Source: Chrysochromulina tobinii (Eukaryota). Taken from it: DNA of 54,585 bases. This document shows, in pieces, positions 29,016-38,156 of the stretch. Both the position numbers and the translations under genes were made by a program. How positions within the stretch are numbered: the first letter of the stretch is position 1; the number at the start of each line of letters is the position of its first letter. The notes under the pieces were generated by a model. The model did not search any database. It saw only the letters and a program-made list of their open reading frames with translations, and was not told the origin of the DNA. The stretch lies in the NCBI GenBank assembly GCA_001275005.1, contig JWZX01002887.1, positions 1-54,585 on the forward strand. The letters run 5' to 3'.

Positions 29016-31506
29016 ATGGCCACTGTCGACTTACCCGCGAGCACGGAGCAGGCTCTCTCGAGGCCTTCGACACTCCAGCGCTGGCTCGAGTTCGCCGGCG
29101 GCAGCGAGTTCCTCGCCCTTCAGCCGCTGCTTCACGGGATGAAGCTCGTCGAATTGCTGCGGATGAGCTCGACGACCTTCGGGCTCACCTCTGGGCTCGC
29201 CAAGCTCGGCATGGTGCCTTCGACCGCACGCCGTCTAGCGGATGAGCTCAACCGGCTGCGCGCCGTGCTTTGCGGCGGCGTGCGCGCGCCACCTTGGCTG
29301 CTGTCACTGCTCGAGCCTCAAAGAGCCGCCGAGCAGAAGCTGCTCGACCTGAACCCGCTGACACTCGGGCCGCCGACGACACTGCACATGCTGCCGCCGC
29401 GCGGGCAACAAGCGATTCCCCCGCAGCCGGCGCCGCCGATGCAGTCGCGCACCGGCTCAGCGCGCCCGAGTCGGACCAGCAGCGGCGCCGAGCGTCGGCC
29501 AGCCAGCGCCCGCCACGCGCGGCCGGCGAGCCAGCCAGCAAGCACCCGCCCAACGCGGCCGGCGAGCGCGCGCCACACGCGGCCGACGAGCGCGGCGCCC
29601 GCCACCCCGACCTATATATGGGCTTCGTCGGTCGTGCCCTCTGAGCGACGTGGTGGTGCACTCCGGCCAGCCCCCGCCAGCGCCAGCCGCGGTGATCGCT
29701 CCGCCCTCCGCCCCGCCCTCCAACGGCTTCCGCGTGCGGCGGCCGCTCTCGGCCCAGGCGCCTCCAATGCCGCGGCCGCCTGCAGCGCTGCGACCCACGT
29801 CTGCACGCACGTGGACGCGCGCCGGCGGCCTCGGCGCTCGACACGGCGCTCGCCCGTCGTCGTCGCGCTCGCCGTACCGCGCTGTGGTGGGCGTGGCGGG
29901 CGGCATCGTCGGCCAGACGCTCAAGAGGCCGTGGGAGTACGGCGGCGGCAGCGGCAGCAGCGCCTCGGGTGCGCTCGATACGGCGCCCAACGGCAGCAGG
30001 CCGAGCGCCGTCCCGAGCGCGCCCGCGAGCAGCCGCCCATCGAGCGCCGTCCCGAGCGTTGGCATCCTGCGCAGCCGTCCCCCGAGCGCCGTGGCGAGCG
30101 CACGCTCGGGCAGCCGCCCAGGCAGTGCGCGCAGCCGCAGCAGCAGCCCGCGAGACCGCGACAGCGCCTTCTCGCAGCCCCCGACGGGCGCCATCGCCCT
30201 CGACGAGGCCAAGCCTACCGGTCTCGCGAACGCCGCAGCCAGTGCATCGGAGCGTCCTGTCGGGCTCCTCGGCTCCGTCCTCCGTCGCGAGGCGGCGATC
30301 GCGGCGCTCAAGACGGCGGTGCAGACGGCGCCGCCGCCCCCCGGACGTGAGCGTTCCAAGCTGCTTCGGACAGTCGCGTACTCGATCAACGAGCTGCGAG
30401 AGGCGACGGTCGACGCGATCGAGCTGCTTGCCGTGCGCCCCGCGCACGCGGCGCGCTTTTATTGGAACGGTATGGATCTCGCCCTCAAGATGCTCACCGA
30501 CCTGCTCTGGGCGCCGCTGCCGCAGACGCTCGACCCGCTGCTGTGCAAGTGGTTTGGCGACTGGACGGTCGTGTGGCTCGCCGAGAGCAAGCGCACCTCG
30601 CGCGAGGTGCGGAGCATGCTCGCGGCCGACCCCCTGTGCATGCACGTGCTCAGCACGGCGCCCCCTCCCCTCTCCCCACAGGTGCAGAGCATGCTCGCGC
30701 TCTTCGCGCCGAATGAGAAGATGCTCAAGCGCTGCCGACGCGCCGAGAAGCGGCTGCTCGCCCTCGCGGCAGATGCGTCCACAGAGGGCGCCGGCATGGG
30801 CGGCTGGGCCAAGCAGAACGCGGAGCAGCGCGCCGACACGCTGCGTGCCGTGCAAGGGCACCGGCTCGGTGCGAGCTACTCCGAGGGTGGTGCGAACCAC
30901 GCGCAGCGCCGCCGCTTTGACAACTTTGAGCAGCTCCTCTACGGGCGAGATGGGGTGCACTTGAAGCACCTCGAGGCGCTGCGTGAGCGTCACGTGGATC
31001 TCGTGTCGCGGGCGGCCAAGGTCGTCCAGTGCTCGTGGCGCCTCTTCGTCGCGCTCCAGCGCATGCGAGCTCAGGCCGCCACCGCCGTCCAGCAGAATGA
31101 GGCGGTCGCTCTGCGCGTGCGCACCGAGTTCGCCCGGCAGAGCTCCATCTCGGCCAGGATAGGGGCGCCCACGCTAGGATCGCCTACCTCCGTTTCACCC
31201 ACCGGGCCACTGATCAGGACCGAGTCGCCGAGCGCCGTCGCGGGCAAGCGATCGTCCCAAAAGGGAGCCTCCACGCCCGCGACGACGCCCTCGGGGAAGG
31301 TGGCAGGCAAAGGGGCGCGAAAAGAGAGCGAGGAGGGTGACGACAAGCGCGGCAGCACGCCTGGCAAGATGAGCGACAGCGCGATCGCCGAGACGGCCAT
31401 GAAGGCCGCCATGGCCACGATGGCCGCGTATGACCCAGAGAAGCAGCTCGATCGCTCGTTCCTGCGCTCGATGGCGATGTCGGTCGAGATGCCCGAGATG
31501 AGCTGA
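29016..31506 (+). CDS. Hypothetical protein (SAM-like N-terminus, RPxSA repeats, IQ-like motif), apparently split by a frameshift near 29600
   Basis: ORF 29016 starts with a helical SAM-like segment and RPASA repeats. ORF 29650-31506, in another frame, continues the RPxSA style and contains AAKVVQCSWRLFVALQRMR. Confidence 0.5.
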
Positions 31507-31689
31507 GATAGAGTGCAGGAAGTCTAGAGATCGAGCTCAGAGCGCCGCGATGGAAATCTCCGAATCCGAGCGATTGTGGCATCGAGAGACACATTGCCGA
31601 CGTGCGATTTATTGTTTTCATACGTAGTAACGGACATAAGCTACGCATTACGTCGCATCGCGGAGCCGCAGTGGACGTTCGGCGAATGA

Positions 31690-32211
31690 TTACGGTGGTG
31701 GCACGATGAAGGTTCCTTGCGCGACTGCTGTTGGCCGAGTCGGATCGTCCGTGTAAATGGTCGCCGTCGACACCATTGTCTTGCGTCCCACAGAGTTCAC
31801 ATCAATCCGCGCCCACACGCGGGCCCCATCAGCCACGACAGCTGGCCGCAGAAAGCGAATCGACATCTCTGATGTGAGTGCCATGGGCTCAATGCGCTCG
31901 TATGCGCCAAAGGTGGCGAACCACATCCCAATATCAGCGAGCGCAAACTGGAAGGGGCCAGAAACCAAGCCGCCAGGTCGAAGGTCAGCGACGCCTGGTA
32001 ACTTCGAGACCAATGCGTGATCTTTGCTGACCTCGTGGCACAAGGCATCGCCGGCTGCGGCAAACCAGTTCTTCTTCATGAAGGCATTGACGGTCGTCGC
32101 AGTCACAGTGCGAGCCGTGGTCCGCCCATCGGAGCAATAGAATGCGTGGATCAAACTCGTGGCGCCGCGGGGCCGGAGCCGTCGGGGATGTAGACTTCGG
32201 GGTACCAACAT
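31690..32211 (-). CDS. PaaI-family hotdog-fold thioesterase
   Basis: [50 protein letters not shown]. First in-frame ATG at 32211. Confidence 0.85.
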   Translation of the reverse strand: MLVPRSLHPRRLRPRGATSLIHAFYCSDGRTTARTVTATTVNAFMKKNWFAAAGDALCHEVSKDHALVSKLPGVADLRPGGLVSGPFQFALADIGMWFATFGAYERIEPMALTSEMSIRFLRPAVVADGARVWARIDVNSVGRKTMVSTATIYTDDPTRPTAVAQGTFIVPPP

Positions 32212-32391
32212 GAAAAAACTGTGAATACCTACCTGTTCACGATGCACAATTTCTCTCGAATTGGCGTCCAGCCGCCCATCATTCAGTCCACGCGCATCGG
32301 AATCTACTTCGGAATTTCCCGCCAAGCGTCGTCCAGTCACAGCAGTCGCCGCGCGCAGTCGCCGCGCGCCAGCTCCCAGAACGCTTCCGCC

Positions 32392-33293
32392 ATGGACCGC
32401 CCAGACGTTGATGACTTCGACGATTTCGACGAAGAAGGAGAGGCAGCGCTCGACGAGGTGCTCGGCAACGGACCACCTGCCAAAAAATCCAAGCCTGAAC
32501 CCATGCCGACCCCTGCTGCGCCGCCGGTGGGCTACCAGCAGCCAGGGCCACTTTCGTCATACGAGCAGCCCCCACCTCCAGTGGCATACCAACAGCCCAT
32601 GCCTGTGGCGCATCAGCAGCCCTTGCCATCCACAGCCCATCCACAGCTCGCACCGTCTTCCATGCGTGGCATGTGGGCTGCTGCGACAGATCGCCAGAAG
32701 GCGTCCGGACATACTGCACGCACGCTCGCCGACGTCGACGACAGCGAGGAAGCAGAGCTTCGCAGGCTCGAGGGCAACCTTGCCCCGCCAGCGGGCGCGG
32801 GCGCCATCGACCTCATCGATGATACTGGCACCACCGGCGGCGGAACGGGCAGCAGCAACGTGTGCTTCAAGTGCAACCAGCCTGGCCACTGGGCGCGCGA
32901 CTGCCCCATCGCTGCGGGTGCGCCAGCTGGTGGCCGGGGCGGCGGCGGCGGCGGCGGGTTCGGCGGTGGTGGCGGCGGCGGCGGTGCTCCTGCAGACGTG
33001 CCTGTGATCGAGTGCCCTTGCGGAGCCGGGCCGGTAAGCGTTCTCACGGCGCGCACCGAGCGCAACAACGGCCGGCAGTTCTTCAAGTGCCCCAAGGGCA
33101 AAGAGGGCGGGTGCAGCTTCTTTCAGTGGGCCGACGAGCCACCGCGGCCGACCGCCGGCCCGCTATCCCCAGCCAAGGCAGGCGGTGCCGCCAAAGGCAC
33201 TGGTCCCTACTCCATCGGTGCAGCTGCGAGCTCCTCAGCCATGGGCACGAGCGCCATGGCGAGACCGTATGGTGGCGGTGGCGCTGGCTCGTT

Positions 33294-33324
<31 letters not shown>

Positions 33325-33681
33325 GCCGGCGGTAGCGGCGGAACGGGCAGCAGCAACGTGTGCTTCAAGTGCAACCAGCCTGGCCACTGGGCGCGCGACT
33401 GTCCCGGCGCTGCGGGTGCGCCAGCTGGTGGCCGGGGCGGCGGTGGCGGCGGCGGGTTCGGCGGTGGCGGCGGCGGTGGAGGCGGCGGCGGCGGCGGCGG
33501 CGGAACTGGCAGCAGCAACGTGTGCTTCAAGTGCAACCAGCCTGGCCACTGGGCAAGCAAGTGCCCTAGTGGCGGCGGCGGCAGCAGCGGCAAAGGCGGC
33601 AGCAGCTACGGCGCTGGGGGCTATGGGGGTGGTGGCTATGGTGGCGGCGGCTATGGCGGTGGGGGGAGCGGCCGGCGCTGA
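32392..33681 (+). CDS. Gly-rich protein with three CCHC zinc knuckles and one GRF zinc finger
   Basis: [11 protein letters not shown](R/S)(D/K)C x3; CPCG...[11 protein letters not shown]...[14 protein letters not shown] tail. ATG at 32392. Confidence 0.88.
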
Positions 33682-33905
33682 GGCTTTACTGAGACGGACG
33701 CGCACTGAACTTGCGAGAGATATCCGTCCTTGTACGTGTGCACTGGCATGACCAAAGTCATACAGTAACTCGGTAGAGAGGAGGCGGTTCGTGTGGATTG
33801 TCGATCATGTTGCGCCTGCGCGCGTCCGAGGACCCCGGACGCGCGGCGCGCGCGCGAATGAACCGAATCTTAATTGTTTATGTTACACGGCCTCAAATCG
33901 CGGTC

Positions 33906-36149
33906 CTAGGCTGGAGTACTCAGGCTCCGCCGATGGCGCCTCGGCCACAAGTCCAGAACTGACGGCTTGGTTGGTGGCGGAGGCGGCGGCGGCGACGCCG
34001 GCACGTCTGCCCCATGGCGTGGCACGTCTGCCCCATGGCGTGGCACGTCTGCCCCATGGCGTGGTGCGTCTGCCCCATGGCGTGGCACGTCTGCCCCATG
34101 GCGTGGTGCGTCTGCCCCATGGCGTGGCACGTCTGCCCCATGGCGTGGTGCAGGCGTGAGAGTCCAACTTCGACTTCGTGAGGTGGCGCCATCGGCCTCA
34201 GCCGCCGCCGCTCCTTGATCCTTGGGGGAGCTCGAGGCGCTCGGAACAGCGCTCTCGGATCCTTGGGAAACTCGGGACAGCGCTCTGTGGGGATTCGCCC
34301 GCGAGTTCGTCGTACGCGGAGCCTCCGCCTGTGGGGGGCTGCCCGTGGCCGCCACGTCTGCTGAGCCGGCGTCCGCGGATGCCGCAGACGCCGGGCGTGA
34401 ATGTGAACTGGGCGCCGCAGAAGCAGGGCGCGAGTTGGGGCGTGAATGTGAATGGGCGCTTGCCTGCGAGTTAGGGCGTGAATGTGAACTGGCCGCCTTG
34501 CGACTGGTCGTCGCTGCCGCGTAGCTGGCCGAGGCGTGAATGTGACTGTGAATGTGAACAGGCGGCGTTTCGGCCGTTGGCTCAATCGGAGCGCGCCTGA
34601 AAGCTGTGGCGGCGCGACGTGCGGCCGCGGCCAGAGCGCTCGCGTCTGTGAACGTGGAGAGGGCGCGCCGGTGGTGGGACTGCGGGTGCCCTCCACTGCC
34701 GACGTCCCCCACATGCGCCTGCATCTGGGCATAGACAGTAGCGATGTCCTCTGGACGCGACCAGCGCAGCGCGTATCCCAAGGCATCGGCCTCGTCTGGA
34801 CGTGAAGCGTCGTGAGCAGCGAACGGGCGGGACGGGTCTTCCTCCTCGTCGCCAGGCTCCTCGTCTGCTCTATTGTACGAAAAGCGTGGAGACGCGAGGG
34901 CGGTGGGGGCGAGGGCGGCGGCAACGGCGGCGCGCGTGCCTCGTGTGATCAATCCGCTCACCGATTTCTGCCAAATGAGGCTACGTGCTGTGCTGTACGT
35001 ATACGGGCGGAGGTCGTCGGCAGCCTCGAGGTCGTCCGGGCTGCTGCAGCAGCCGGCTGCTGCTGCTGCTGCTGCTGCTCCTGTACCGGTACCAGTATGA
35101 GTACCGGTAGGGTGCCGCGCTTGCGAGCGCTGTACCGAGCGCTCGGTATCGTCGTGACGCCAAGTCGCGACACTGATCTCGTCGCGTAAGGTTGTCGTGG
35201 CGTAGTCGAACACTGCAGACGCGGCGGATGCGGTGGCGGCGGCGGCGGCCACGGGTGCTGGTGCTGTCGCAATAGAGGCACTGGCGCTCTCGATGGCGCT
35301 CGGGATGGCGCTCGGCGCGGCAACGGTCGCGGCGACGGCGCCGTTGAGCTCGTCAGCGTCGACGTCAGCGGGTGCACCGTCCTCCGCAGTAGCGTCGGCC
35401 GCTGCAGCGTCCGCCGCTCCCAAATTAGGCAAGCTCTCTTCGTCAGCCACGTCCATTTCGGGGCCCAGGTCCGGTGGCGCGTCGGGTGGTGGCGGCGGGG
35501 GCTCATCGGCCACGTCCATTTCGTCCATTTCGTCCATTTCGTCCATTTCGTCCATTACGGGGAACTGCTGCTCATCGGGTTGCGGCGAGGGCGTGCGCAC
35601 GGGCGGCCACGCGGGCCCCATGGCGCGACGTGCCCTGGGCGTGCTTATCACTGGGCGAGGGCGATGCGGGCGTGGCCTCGGCGCGGCCCTCTCCATGTCG
35701 TCGTCTTCGTCGTCGTCGTCGTCGGAGGAGGAGTCTCCGTCGTCGCCGCCGTCCCGGGCTGCATCGGCACCACAGTTCTCGTCGCCGCGGACGTTTGGGC
35801 TGCCTGGCGACGGCTCGTACTGGACTGCCTGCTGCAACGCCTGTTGTGGGTCGATGGTCGCTCCCGCCGCCGCCTGCGCCTCGACCATCTCGAGAGCCCT
35901 CCGCATGGCGGCAAGGGAGGTGATCGACGGCAGGTCGACCGCGGCACCCGCCTGCTCGCCGTCGGCGCCGCCAGGCGGAGGCGAGCGTGCCGTCTCGCGT
36001 CTCCCAAACCATGCTTTGGATGGAGTTTCAGAGCTAGCGGGTTGCGGCCGGGAGAGAATCTCGTCGATGTGCGCCAGCGAGTAGCCTTGCAAGTCAGCCA
36101 ACGCGATGACGACAGTGCCCACCGGATGAGAAGCTCGCAGGCCCCACAT
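33906..36149 (-). CDS. Hypothetical low-complexity protein
   Basis: Long ORF (766 aa from 36206; first ATG at 36149), rich in Ala/Pro/Asp/Ser, with MDE and HGAD(V/A)PR repeats. No recognisable domain. Confidence 0.5.
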   Translation of the reverse strand: MWGLRASHPVGTVVIALADLQGYSLAHIDEILSRPQPASSETPSKAWFGRRETARSPPPGGADGEQAGAAVDLPSITSLAAMRRALEMVEAQAAAGATIDPQQALQQAVQYEPSPGSPNVRGDENCGADAARDGGDDGDSSSDDDDDEDDDMERAAPRPRPHRPRPVISTPRARRAMGPAWPPVRTPSPQPDEQQFPVMDEMDEMDEMDEMDVADEPPPPPPDAPPDLGPEMDVADEESLPNLGAADAAAADATAEDGAPADVDADELNGAVAATVAAPSAIPSAIESASASIATAPAPVAAAAATASAASAVFDYATTTLRDEISVATWRHDDTERSVQRSQARHPTGTHTGTGTGAAAAAAAAGCCSSPDDLEAADDLRPYTYSTARSLIWQKSVSGLITRGTRAAVAAALAPTALASPRFSYNRADEEPGDEEEDPSRPFAAHDASRPDEADALGYALRWSRPEDIATVYAQMQAHVGDVGSGGHPQSHHRRALSTFTDASALAAAARRAATAFRRAPIEPTAETPPVHIHSHIHASASYAAATTSRKAASSHSRPNSQASAHSHSRPNSRPASAAPSSHSRPASAASADAGSADVAATGSPPQAEAPRTTNSRANPHRALSRVSQGSESAVPSASSSPKDQGAAAAEADGATSRSRSWTLTPAPRHGADVPRHGADAPRHGADVPRHGADAPRHGADVPRHGADVPRHGADVPASPPPPPPPTKPSVLDLWPRRHRRSLSTPA
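34000..34146. repeat. Minisatellite: 7 x 21 nt (GG[CA/TG]CGTCTGCCCCATGGCGT)
   Basis: Perfectly phased units with no spacers. Confidence 0.95.
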
Positions 36150-36305
36150 GTGGGCGGTGGCGAGCGCTTCAGGTTTCCGCCGCTTTCGGCGTGCTTGACG
36201 AATCACGGTTCTCGATCACTTTTTTTAGCCACAATATGTGGTCACCGAAGGACTGTGATTCGCAAGCGGCGCCGCGATGAGCATACCGTCCGGGTTCTTT
36301 TGAGT

Positions 36306-36343
36306 CTTGTCTTGACTTGACTTGACTTGCCTTGACTTGACTT
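36306..36343. repeat. (CTTGA)n pentanucleotide microsatellite
   Basis: About 7 units ending 3 nt before ATG 36347. Confidence 0.9.
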
Positions 36344-36346
36344 CTT

Positions 36347-37762
36347 ATGAAGCGCAAGGCGTCGGAAGACGAGGCCGACCTGGCGTCGTCGCTCGAGTGC
36401 GAGCTCATTGTTGCGGCCGCTGATATAGCGGCCTTCGCGCCCGACCTCGGCCACCTGAATCAGCTTGCGCGCGAGTGGCGCGCGTCATGGATGGCGCGGC
36501 TCGACCTCGTGCGACGGGCTGCTGCACTGAGCAACGAGCAGCTCCACGAGGAGGGCCGCAGCGAGGCGATGCACCGGTATGGTCATGCGGACGCGCCGCA
36601 CCTTTGGCCGGACCCACCGTCGCTCACCCTGCTCATCGAGCAGTCTGTCCGGACGGACCAGGAGGCCAGCTTCACCTCGGAGGTCGACGCCTTTGCCACG
36701 AGAGTTGCAGAGGCCAAGGCCGCCCGGTTAGCGCAGCTGCAAGAAGCGAAGGCCGCCTCGCCGCCCGAGACTGCAAGCGTGCGCGTGCTCGGCCAAGGCC
36801 TCGGCTTGCTCGTCAAGGCCGTCCGAGAGGCCACGGAGCTCGACAAGCCCGTGCGCGAGCGGCTCGAGCTGAGCACCAAACGGATCGCGCGCTACCGAGC
36901 CTCATGCTCGGTGCGCGCACTCGCGCCATCGGCGCGCCTCGTCGCCGTGCCGCCCACGCGCGCGGGCTATGAGCAGATCCTTGATTTCTACCGGCTGACC
37001 GACGCCTCCACGTACAGCTTCGGTCGCGTCTTCGATGGTCCGCAGTTCTTCACCGACGTGCGCCGCAACGTGGCGATCATGCATGCTACACGCGGGCCGC
37101 TGCCAGCCGCCGATGCGGCGAGGAGTACAGATGGAGGGGACCGCAGCGACGTTCGGGCTGGGTCGGTGCGACTCGGTGACGGCAGCGACGGTAGCGTTGG
37201 CGCTAGCATTGGTGCCCACTACGGCGCGTGCATGGGTGCCAGCATTGGCGACGACGGCGGCGACGATGCGGTCCTGTTTTCAGAGTACGCAGTGAGTGGC
37301 GTTGATGCGCCTGGGCTCAACCCTAATTTGGATGAGCTCAACCCTAATTTGGATGGGCTCAACCCGGAGGTGGGCGCCGTGGCCTCGGAACCGGAGCCAG
37401 CCGACAGGAGGTGTGAAGCGTCCATGGGGTGTGAAGAGCCAGCCGACACGATCGTGGTCGATGCCTGTGAGACGCGAGGACGCTTCACACCCCGTGGGCC
37501 ATTCACACCCATCGAGGCCGTGGACGGGCTAGGTGAGTGCTACATGCGCGACCACGACGCCGAGTTCAAGCTGGCGAGTGCGCTGTGCACGCGCTGGCTC
37601 GGCGTGCGCGCGCCCGGCGACGTGAACGCCACCTACCACGGGAGAATTACTCTCTGGTCCAAGAAGGCGCTCTGCACCTCTTGCGCGGCCGTGGTTCACG
37701 AGCAGCTCGTGGCGGCACTGCCAAATGCGGAGCTATGCGTGCGGGTGGATGACGAGGGTTGA
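36347..37762 (+). CDS. Protein with a C-terminal polymorphic-toxin-type zinc deaminase domain
   Basis: In order: RRNVAIM, EYAVSG, FTP, RDHDAEFKL, GRITLWSKKALCTSCAAVV, LPNAELCV. This matches the RxxDxExK...(P)CxxC pattern of the BURPS668_1122/Toxin-deaminase-type clade. Confidence 0.7.
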   Translation: MKRKASEDEADLASSLECELIVAAADIAAFAPDLGHLNQLAREWRASWMARLDLVRRAAALSNEQLHEEGRSEAMHRYGHADAPHLWPDPPSLTLLIEQSVRTDQEASFTSEVDAFATRVAEAKAARLAQLQEAKAASPPETASVRVLGQGLGLLVKAVREATELDKPVRERLELSTKRIARYRASCSVRALAPSARLVAVPPTRAGYEQILDFYRLTDASTYSFGRVFDGPQFFTDVRRNVAIMHATRGPLPAADAARSTDGGDRSDVRAGSVRLGDGSDGSVGASIGAHYGACMGASIGDDGGDDAVLFSEYAVSGVDAPGLNPNLDELNPNLDGLNPEVGAVASEPEPADRRCEASMGCEEPADTIVVDACETRGRFTPRGPFTPIEAVDGLGECYMRDHDAEFKLASALCTRWLGVRAPGDVNATYHGRITLWSKKALCTSCAAVVHEQLVAALPNAELCVRVDDEG

Positions 37763-38156
37763 AAACGGAGAGTGATAACGACGGTCGCGTAACGGTCGCG
37801 TGAGTCCATCACAAGACTCAAGAGTGTTGGAGATTCATTGGAGATTCTGCGATCTGATGCAAAGAGCTGCACGTTACAGAGGAGAGATTCACGTCCAGCT
37901 TAAGATCTTAACGCGCAACTACACACGCACGACCGTCGAGGCAACCGGATCAGCCATCATGTGACGTCAGCGACAGCGTGGGACCATTGCGTGGGACTGA
38001 GACCGGACGGATGAGTGTACCGTTGAGACGAGAACTCGTATTTCGATTCCCAAAGCCCAGAGAGAACTGGCCACGAGGGTAGCGAGACTCGGTACGCGCC
38101 GGCCGTGGGCGCATCATGAACGACGGTGTTCATAGAAACGCGAGCGCCCACACACA

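Noticed and set aside
34000..34146. CRISPR-like array
   Set aside because: The units are contiguous with no unique spacers, there are no cas genes, and the context is eukaryotic.
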